Below are positions 57,743 to 64,000 of a stretch of DNA of 64,000 bases, one piece after another. Source of the DNA: an uncultured Merdimonas sp. (lineage in GTDB: Bacteria > Bacillota > Clostridia > Lachnospirales > Lachnospiraceae); assembly GCA_944375745.1 (NCBI GenBank), contig CALWAV010000075.1, forward strand, positions 7,826 to 71,825, written 5' to 3'. Both the position numbers and the translations under genes were made by a program. Numbering within the stretch: the first letter of the stretch is position 1; each line of letters begins with the position of its first letter. The notes below the pieces were generated by a model. It worked only from the letters and a program-made list of their open reading frames with translations, ran no database searches and was not told the origin of the DNA.

Positions 57743-58644
57743 GAAACACGAGCGTAAACCTTGCAGGCGTGGAACTGAAAAATCCGGTTATGACCGCGTC
57801 GGGAACCTTTGGATCCAGCGGAGAATACGGGGAATTCTATGATCTGGGAGAGCTGGGCGCCATTGTCACCAAGGGGGTGGCCAATGTGCCCTGGCCGGGT
57901 AATCCGGTTCCCCGTATTGCCGAGACCAAAAGCGGCATGCTCAATGCCATCGGCCTCCAGAATCCGGGCATCGATGTGTTCATTGAACGGGATATTCCTC
58001 TTCTGAAGCAGTATGATACCAAAATCATTGTCAATGTCTGCGGCAGGACCGTGGAGGATTACTGCGAGGTGGTGGAGCGTCTTTCGGACCAGCCGGTGGA
58101 CATGCTGGAGATCAATGTGTCCTGCCCCAATGTAAAAGAGGGCGGAATCGCATTTGGCCAGAAGCCGGAGGCTCTGGAGGCCATCACGAAGGAAGTGAAG
58201 CGCCGCGCGAAGCAGCCTGTGATCATGAAGCTGAGTCCCAATGTGACGGACATCGGGGAGATGGCCCGGGCGGCGGAGGCAGGCGGAGCCGACGTGCTCT
58301 CCCTGATCAATACCATTACAGGCATGAAGATCGATATCCACAAAAGGACCTTTGCCCTGGCAAATAAGACAGGCGGCCTGTCCGGTCCGGCAGTAAAGCC
58401 GGTGGCTGTGCGGATGGTCTATCAGGCAGCACAGGCAGTGTCCCTGCCGATCATTGGAATGGGCGGAATCATGAACGGGGAGGACGCCATCGAATTTATT
58501 CTGGCGGGCGCCACGGCCGTATCGGTGGGAACCGCGAATTTTGCCAACCCCTTTGCGGCAGAGGAGACGGTAAAGGGAATACTGGACTATATGGAGCGGT
58601 ATCAGGTGGAGGACATCCGGGACCTCATCGGGGCCGTACGCTGA
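57739..58644 (+). CDS. pyrD: Dihydroorotate dehydrogenase B, catalytic subunit
   Basis: ASGT, NAIGLQNPG, NVSCPN, KLSPN and GGLSG motifs. Confidence 0.95.
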   Translation: MRNTSVNLAGVELKNPVMTASGTFGSSGEYGEFYDLGELGAIVTKGVANVPWPGNPVPRIAETKSGMLNAIGLQNPGIDVFIERDIPLLKQYDTKIIVNVCGRTVEDYCEVVERLSDQPVDMLEINVSCPNVKEGGIAFGQKPEALEAITKEVKRRAKQPVIMKLSPNVTDIGEMARAAEAGGADVLSLINTITGMKIDIHKRTFALANKTGGLSGPAVKPVAVRMVYQAAQAVSLPIIGMGGIMNGEDAIEFILAGATAVSVGTANFANPFAAEETVKGILDYMERYQVEDIRDLIGAVR

Positions 58645-58759
58645 GGACAGCGGGAGCGGGCTGTTACAGTTCACGCCTCTGCCCGCTAGAATTGGAATTG
58701 TTATTTTATGCCTCTTATGTTAGAATATCCATAGGCATTTCATCAGGAGGTTTGAGAAT

Positions 58760-59440
58760 ATGGAACAGTATAAGCAGGAATTTATTGAATTTATGATAGA
58801 CTGTCAGGCGCTGAAATTCGGTGATTTTACGCTGAAGAGCGGAAGAAAGTCTCCGTTTTTCATGAACGCGGGCGCCTATGTGACAGGTTCTCAGCTGAAA
58901 AAGCAGGGAGAATATTACGCGAAGGCGATTCACAGTGTCTACGGGGATGATTTCGACGTGCTGTTTGGACCGGCCTACAAGGGAATTCCCATCGGCGTGG
59001 TGACGGCTGTAGCCTACAGTGATCTGTATGGAAAGGAGGTCCGCTACTGTTCCGACCGGAAGGAGGAGAAGGACCACGGCGCGGACAAGGGAAGCTTCCT
59101 GGGAAGCAGCTTAAAGGACGGCGACCGGGTGATTATGATTGAAGATGTCACCACCTCCGGCAAGTCCATGGAGGAGACTGTTCCCAAGGTAAGAGGAGCC
59201 GCCGATGTGGAGATCCGGGGACTGATGGTTTCCCTAAACCGCATGGAGATAGGAAAGGGCGGCGAGAAGAGCGCTCTGGAGGAGATCCGGGATCTCTATG
59301 GGTTTGACACCGCTGCTATTGTGACCATGGCGGATGTGGTGGAGCATCTGTATAACCGTCCATACAAAGGAAAAGTCATCATTGATGACGAATTAAAGAA
59401 AGCGATCGACGCATACTACGATCAGTATGGAGTAAAATAA
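58760..59440 (+). CDS. pyrE: Orotate phosphoribosyltransferase
   Basis: FTLKSGRKSP, GPAYKGIP, RKEEKDHG and IEDVTTSG motifs. Confidence 0.95.
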   Translation: MEQYKQEFIEFMIDCQALKFGDFTLKSGRKSPFFMNAGAYVTGSQLKKQGEYYAKAIHSVYGDDFDVLFGPAYKGIPIGVVTAVAYSDLYGKEVRYCSDRKEEKDHGADKGSFLGSSLKDGDRVIMIEDVTTSGKSMEETVPKVRGAADVEIRGLMVSLNRMEIGKGGEKSALEEIRDLYGFDTAAIVTMADVVEHLYNRPYKGKVIIDDELKKAIDAYYDQYGVK

Positions 59441-59455
59441 CAGGAGGGTATGCAG

Positions 59456-59608
59456 ATGAGTGAGAAAGCATATAAGACCATGACACATACAGGAGCAGGA
59501 AATCTGGTGCTTGGAATTATCCTTGTGGCAGTGGGCCTTGCCTCCGGAATTCTGATGATTGTAAATGGAGCGAGGCTGCTGAAGTCCAGATCGAGCCTGA
59601 TCTTTTAA
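59456..59608 (+). CDS. Small single-pass membrane protein (50 aa), below the ORF-track cut-off
   Basis: AGGAGG RBS; MSEKAYKTMTHTGAGNLVLGIILVAVGLASGILMIVNGARLLKSRSSLIF; fills the pyrE-vanZ gap. Confidence 0.75.
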   Translation: MSEKAYKTMTHTGAGNLVLGIILVAVGLASGILMIVNGARLLKSRSSLIF

Positions 59609-59625
59609 GGCGGAAGCAGGGCAGA

Positions 59626-60099
59626 ATGAGCAGAAATTCCATAAAGAAGCTGAGGTGGGGAGGACGGGTGCTGCTGGTTCTTTATCTGGCGTGCCTGATT
59701 TACTTTATGTTTTTCTCGGAAAGCTATGGAAGAACGGAGATTCATACCGAATACCGGTATAATCTGGTGCTGTTCCGGGAGATCCGGCGCTTTTTGCAGC
59801 ATTGTGACATTCTGGGAATGCCGGCGGTATTGATCAATCTGGCAGGGAATGTGGTGGTATTCATTCCATACGGATGCGGGCTGCCGCTGCTGTTTGAGCG
59901 CCTTCAGAGCTTTTGGAGAGTGGCGATACTTTCCTTTGCGGCCAGTCTGCTGGCAGAGACCATGCAGCTGATTCTTCGTGTGGGCTGCTTTGATGTGGAT
60001 GATCTGCTGCTGAATACCATCGGCGGCTGTATCGGTTATTTCATATATCTGCTGCTCAGGCGTTACTGGAGGGGAAAGTATGGCAAGAAGAAATTATAA
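59626..60099 (+). CDS. VanZ-family membrane protein
   Basis: YNLVLF, NLAGNVVVFIPYG, ETMQ and FDVDDLLLNTIG motifs. Confidence 0.9.
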   Translation: MSRNSIKKLRWGGRVLLVLYLACLIYFMFFSESYGRTEIHTEYRYNLVLFREIRRFLQHCDILGMPAVLINLAGNVVVFIPYGCGLPLLFERLQSFWRVAILSFAASLLAETMQLILRVGCFDVDDLLLNTIGGCIGYFIYLLLRRYWRGKYGKKKL

Positions 60100-60391
60100 A
60101 TTTACAGATAAAAAACATACCCGGCGGGGACTTGGCTCGCTGGTTCTGGGAGCTTTGTCCCTGATCCTCACCATCCTGTCTCTGTCCCTGTCTTACCGGA
60201 TGTCGGGAGAGGCAGGAAGCATTGTGGGACTGATGGGGATTTTCGCGCTGCTGTTCAGCATCACAGGCTTTGTGCTGGCTGTCAGGGGCTTTCGGGAGGA
60301 GGATGTCTATTACATCACTTCTCAGATCGGGGCAGTTCTGGACGGCGTCCTGTTTATCGGCTGGGCGCTGGTTTACATGATTGGAATGTAG
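60080..60391 (+). CDS. Small membrane protein (DUF6142-like)
   Basis: YKFTDKKH N-terminus, three TM helices. Confidence 0.7.
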   Translation: MARRNYKFTDKKHTRRGLGSLVLGALSLILTILSLSLSYRMSGEAGSIVGLMGIFALLFSITGFVLAVRGFREEDVYYITSQIGAVLDGVLFIGWALVYMIGM

Positions 60392-60402
60392 GAGGCAGAA
60401 GA

Positions 60403-62478
60403 ATGGAACTGGAAAAGAGCCGCATGGAAGAAGCAGAGGAGATTCGGGAGAGATACGGGCTCGCGATGGAGCGGATACGGGCGATGAAGGATGAGACCGC
60501 CGTATCGGCTCCTTTTTATGATTATTTTCTGAAGACCGCTGATTTTATTCTGGAGGTCAGGCGCCTGGCGGAAGAAGTAAGCCAGGACCGCCGCATGGCC
60601 CGGATGACCCTGGAGGAGCTTCAGGAGCAGAATGAAAAGCTTTACGGGGATATTGCAGGAGAGGCCTATGAGGAGAGCTATGCCAATCCCGCGTATGCGG
60701 TCCGGCTTCTGGGAGAAGACTACGGGCAGATTTTAAGTTTTCTTTATACAGAGGTCCGGGGGATGATCGTCTGGGCTGTAGAGCAGCGGTATGCGGATTT
60801 GACCATGACCGCAGAGCTGTTTATCGAGATCTACAATATTTTTGAGGAAGAGATCCCTTCTGCAAAAAGTCTGCGCCAGACCATTTACTGGTATATGAGC
60901 GATAACTGTGAGGTATTCATTCCGTATCGAATCCGGGAACAGCTGGATCCGTCTCTTTCCTTCGCGAAGGAGATTATCTGCGAAGCAGATTTAAACGATC
61001 CCAGATATCTGTACCGGTTCGGTGAGTATATTACGGAAAATGAGCTGGAGACAAGCCGGTTCCTGGCAGGACTTCCCCAGGAGGAGATCGATGCCATGGC
61101 TTCCACCTTTACGGAAGGATACCGGATTGGGTTTGTGAACGCAGGGATTGATTTGAGCAGAAAGAAGACGGTCAACATCCGCTATGCCCTGGGATTTGAG
61201 CGGGTAGTCCGCGCTGCTGTGGAGCAGTTTGAGAAAATGGGGCTTGAGAGTATTATTTACCGGGAGGCCCGGCACAGCATCAACCGGCGTCCCCAGGGAA
61301 ACGCAGGCTACTGCAGCACGCTCCCCAGCAAGCAGTATGTGTTTGACCACAAGGAGGACTCTGCTCTTTATCTGGATAAAAAGCTGGTGGAAAGGCGTCT
61401 GTCGGTTCTGCACGCAGCCTATGAAGAGTACAAGGATCTGGCGGCGGTTCACGCCGGTCCTGCGGTTATGGAGATTTTCGGGGAAAAGCCGTTCCTGCCC
61501 CGGAGCTGTAAGGAGGCTCTGGCTTTCAATGAGAAGCAGCAGGAGCTGAGCGTCTACTACAGCAGCCAGTCCGGCCAGCTGGTAAACCGTTATATTCCCG
61601 GAGATGAGAGAAGCTTTACCATCATCGCCTGGCCCATCCCGGAGATTGGAGACAACTTTGAGGAGATTTTCCGGGAAATCGAGAAGATCAATAACCTGGA
61701 TTACCGTTTGTACCAGAGCATTCAGCAGAAACTGATTGACGCCCTGGATCAGGGGGAATATGTGCATATCAAAGGAGCCGGGGCAAATCGGACGGATATG
61801 AAGGTGCAGCTGGTGAAGCTGGAGCATCCGGAAAAGGAAACCATTTTCGAAAACTGCGTAGCGGATGTGAATATTCCCGTGGGAGAGGTCTTCACCTCCC
61901 CGAAGCTTTCCGGCACAAACGGAACTCTGCATGTGAGCGAGGTTTACTTAAATGAACTGAAATACCTGGATCTGGAGCTGACCTTCCGGGACGGACGGGT
62001 GGCCTCCTACACCTGCGGCAATTTCGAGGACGAAGAGGAAAACAGGAAATATATCCGGAACAATGTGCTGTTCAACCATGAGACTTTGCCGCTGGGCGAG
62101 TTTGCCATCGGCACGAATACGACGGCTTATATGACAGCGCAGAAATATGACATCGGAGCCAAGCTGCCGATTCTGATCGCGGAAAAGATGGGGCCCCATT
62201 TTGCGGTGGGAGATACCTGCTTTTCCTGGTCAGAGGACAATCCCACCTACAATCCGGACGGAAAGCAGATTATGGCCAAAGACAATGAGTGCTCCATTCT
62301 CCGGAAGGAGGACCCGGCAAAGGCATATTTCAACTGCCACACGGATATCACGATTCCCTATGACGAGCTGGACAGCATTACCGTGGTGCGGCCGGACGGA
62401 AGTGAGATTCCGCTGATTGAAAAGGGACGCTTTGTTCTGCCGGGCACAGAGGAGCTGAACAGACCATTTTCCTGTTGA
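60403..62478 (+). CDS. M29-like metallo-aminopeptidase with N-terminal extension
   Basis: NIPVGEVFTSP, GEFAIGTN, EKMGPHFAVG and HTDI motifs. Confidence 0.82.
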   Translation: MELEKSRMEEAEEIRERYGLAMERIRAMKDETAVSAPFYDYFLKTADFILEVRRLAEEVSQDRRMARMTLEELQEQNEKLYGDIAGEAYEESYANPAYAVRLLGEDYGQILSFLYTEVRGMIVWAVEQRYADLTMTAELFIEIYNIFEEEIPSAKSLRQTIYWYMSDNCEVFIPYRIREQLDPSLSFAKEIICEADLNDPRYLYRFGEYITENELETSRFLAGLPQEEIDAMASTFTEGYRIGFVNAGIDLSRKKTVNIRYALGFERVVRAAVEQFEKMGLESIIYREARHSINRRPQGNAGYCSTLPSKQYVFDHKEDSALYLDKKLVERRLSVLHAAYEEYKDLAAVHAGPAVMEIFGEKPFLPRSCKEALAFNEKQQELSVYYSSQSGQLVNRYIPGDERSFTIIAWPIPEIGDNFEEIFREIEKINNLDYRLYQSIQQKLIDALDQGEYVHIKGAGANRTDMKVQLVKLEHPEKETIFENCVADVNIPVGEVFTSPKLSGTNGTLHVSEVYLNELKYLDLELTFRDGRVASYTCGNFEDEEENRKYIRNNVLFNHETLPLGEFAIGTNTTAYMTAQKYDIGAKLPILIAEKMGPHFAVGDTCFSWSEDNPTYNPDGKQIMAKDNECSILRKEDPAKAYFNCHTDITIPYDELDSITVVRPDGSEIPLIEKGRFVLPGTEELNRPFSC

Positions 62479-62579
62479 CAGACCGGGCTTTGGCCTGTAA
62501 ACTCATTTATAAGCGGAAACCAATAAAAAAGAGGGATTCATAAGTAATTCTAATAAATATTTATAGGGAGGTATCTGTT

Positions 62580-63080
62580 ATGGCAAGAGTAGGTATTGTA
62601 ATGGGCAGCGATTCTGATATGCCTGTGATGAAAAAGGCGGCTGAGGTGCTGGAGCAGCTTGGGGTGGATTTTGAGATGACGATTATTTCCGCCCACAGAG
62701 AGCCGGATGTGTTTTTTGAGTATGCGAAAAGCGCAGAGAGCAAAGGATTTAAGGTGATTATCGCGGGAGCAGGCATGGCAGCCCATCTTCCGGGCATGTG
62801 CGCGGCGATTTTCCCCATGCCGGTCATCGGCATTCCCATGCACACCACATCTCTGGGCGGCCGTGATTCCCTGTATTCCATTGTGCAGATGCCTTCCGGC
62901 ATTCCGGTAGCCACCGTGGCTATTAACGGAGGAACAAACGCGGGACTTCTGGCAGCCAAGATTTTGGCCACCTCTGATCCGGAGCTTCTGGAGCGGTTGA
63001 AGGCTTACTCCGAGGGCCTGAAGGAGCAGGTGGAAAAGAAAGCAGAGCGTCTTGCAGAAGTAGGCTATAAAAATTATTAA
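62580..63080 (+). CDS. purE: N5-CAIR mutase
   Basis: MGSDSD, SAHR, AGMAAHLPG and QMPSGIPVATV motifs. Confidence 0.96.
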   Translation: MARVGIVMGSDSDMPVMKKAAEVLEQLGVDFEMTIISAHREPDVFFEYAKSAESKGFKVIIAGAGMAAHLPGMCAAIFPMPVIGIPMHTTSLGGRDSLYSIVQMPSGIPVATVAINGGTNAGLLAAKILATSDPELLERLKAYSEGLKEQVEKKAERLAEVGYKNY

Positions 63081-63095
63081 TGGGGGGAGACAATT

Positions 63096-64000
63096 ATGGA
63101 TTATAAGAATGCTGGTGTAGATATTGAAGCCGGATACCGTTCCGTGGAACTGATGAAGGAGCATGTACAGCGGACCATGCGTCCGGAGGTGCTCACAGGA
63201 CTTGGCGGATTTTCAGGCGCTTTTTCCATGGAAGCGTACAAGAATATGGAAAAGCCCACATTGGTGTCCGGAACAGACGGAGTGGGAACGAAGCTGAAGC
63301 TGGCGTTCCTGATGAACAAGCATGACACGGTTGGTATCGACTGTGTGGCCATGTGTGTAAACGACATTGCCTGCGCAGGCGGAGAGCCGCTGTTTTTCCT
63401 GGACTACATTGCCTGCGGAAGGAATATTCCCGAACGGATCGCCACCATCGTAAGCGGTGTGGCAGAGGGCTGCCGCCAGGCAGGAGCCGCGCTCATCGGC
63501 GGTGAGACCGCGGAGATGCCGGGCTTTTATCCGGTGGATGAGTATGATCTGGCGGGCTTCGCCGTAGGCATCGTGGATCAGAAGGATCTGATTACCGGAG
63601 CGGACATCAAAGCGGGAGACGTACTGGTGGGAATCGCTTCCTCCGGTGTGCACAGCAACGGCTTTTCTCTGGTGCGCCGGGTGTTTACCATGAAGGAAGA
63701 GTACATGAATACATATTTTGAGACCCTCGGCAGGACTCTTGGAGAAGCGCTGATCGAGCCCACGAAGATTTATGTGAAAGCGCTGCGGACCGTAAAGGAA
63801 GCAGGCGTGAATATCAAGGGCTGCAGCCATATCACCGGCGGCGGTTTCTATGAGAATATTCCCCGGATGCTTCCGGAGGGAATGCGTGCTGTGGTTAAGA
63901 AGGACAGCTATGAGATTCCGATGATTTTCCGCATGCTGAAGGAAGACGGCCGCATCGAGGAACAGATGATGTACAATACCTTCAATATGGGAATCGGAAT
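63096..64000 (+). CDS. purM: AIR synthetase (runs off the window end)
   Basis: [47 protein letters not shown] and TFNMGIG motifs; no stop before 64000. Confidence 0.95.
   Translation, partial: MDYKNAGVDIEAGYRSVELMKEHVQRTMRPEVLTGLGGFSGAFSMEAYKNMEKPTLVSGTDGVGTKLKLAFLMNKHDTVGIDCVAMCVNDIACAGGEPLFFLDYIACGRNIPERIATIVSGVAEGCRQAGAALIGGETAEMPGFYPVDEYDLAGFAVGIVDQKDLITGADIKAGDVLVGIASSGVHSNGFSLVRRVFTMKEEYMNTYFETLGRTLGEALIEPTKIYVKALRTVKEAGVNIKGCSHITGGGFYENIPRMLPEGMRAVVKKDSYEIPMIFRMLKEDGRIEEQMMYNTFNMGIG

Noticed and set aside
58645-58759. PyrR attenuator or second MITE copy before pyrE (gttacagttcacgcc resembles the TIR)
   Set aside because: No PyrR-binding loop consensus; the TIR similarity is short, gapped and lacks a partner or duplication
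62479-62579. Purine riboswitch upstream of purE
   Set aside because: The conserved aptamer core (TATAA..TATGG..GTTTCTAC) and a terminator are absent; the gap is only ~100 bp

Overview
A gene-dense, moderately GC-rich Firmicute chromosomal window. Gene content and promoter style suggest Clostridia, most likely Lachnospiraceae (inference). In order it contains: a sugar-acid/glycerate utilisation operon (MBL hydrolase, CdaR, GntP, glycerate kinase); prfB with its programmed +1 frameshift; a 195-bp MITE-like insertion in the leader of an aspartate-family amino-acid operon (ACT regulator, hom, apgM-like gene, lysC); an AT-rich scar with two gene remnants; tex, folC, pheA, degV and a PHP gene; a blaI/blaR1-like pair with a non-canonical BNR-repeat sensor followed by a PBP2a/PBP5-type transpeptidase; coaX, SOS-boxed dinB, hydG plus a small Cys-rich ORF, and carbamate kinase; a ~24-kb rhamnose-type cell-surface polysaccharide locus (rmlBAC, wzm/wzt, GT2s, GT-C-like proteins, flippases, priming transferase, LCP); then hflX, pyrF-K-D-E, VanZ, an aminopeptidase, purE and a truncated purM. 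The most notable unexplained system is a four-gene module inside the polysaccharide locus: two membrane-anchored CotH kinases, a VTC polyphosphate-polymerase domain protein and a DUF4956 membrane protein. It is a candidate polyphosphate-fed pathway for extracytoplasmic glycan phosphorylation. No rRNA, tRNA, CRISPR array or transposase was seen. All family calls come from motif recognition by eye, not database searches.
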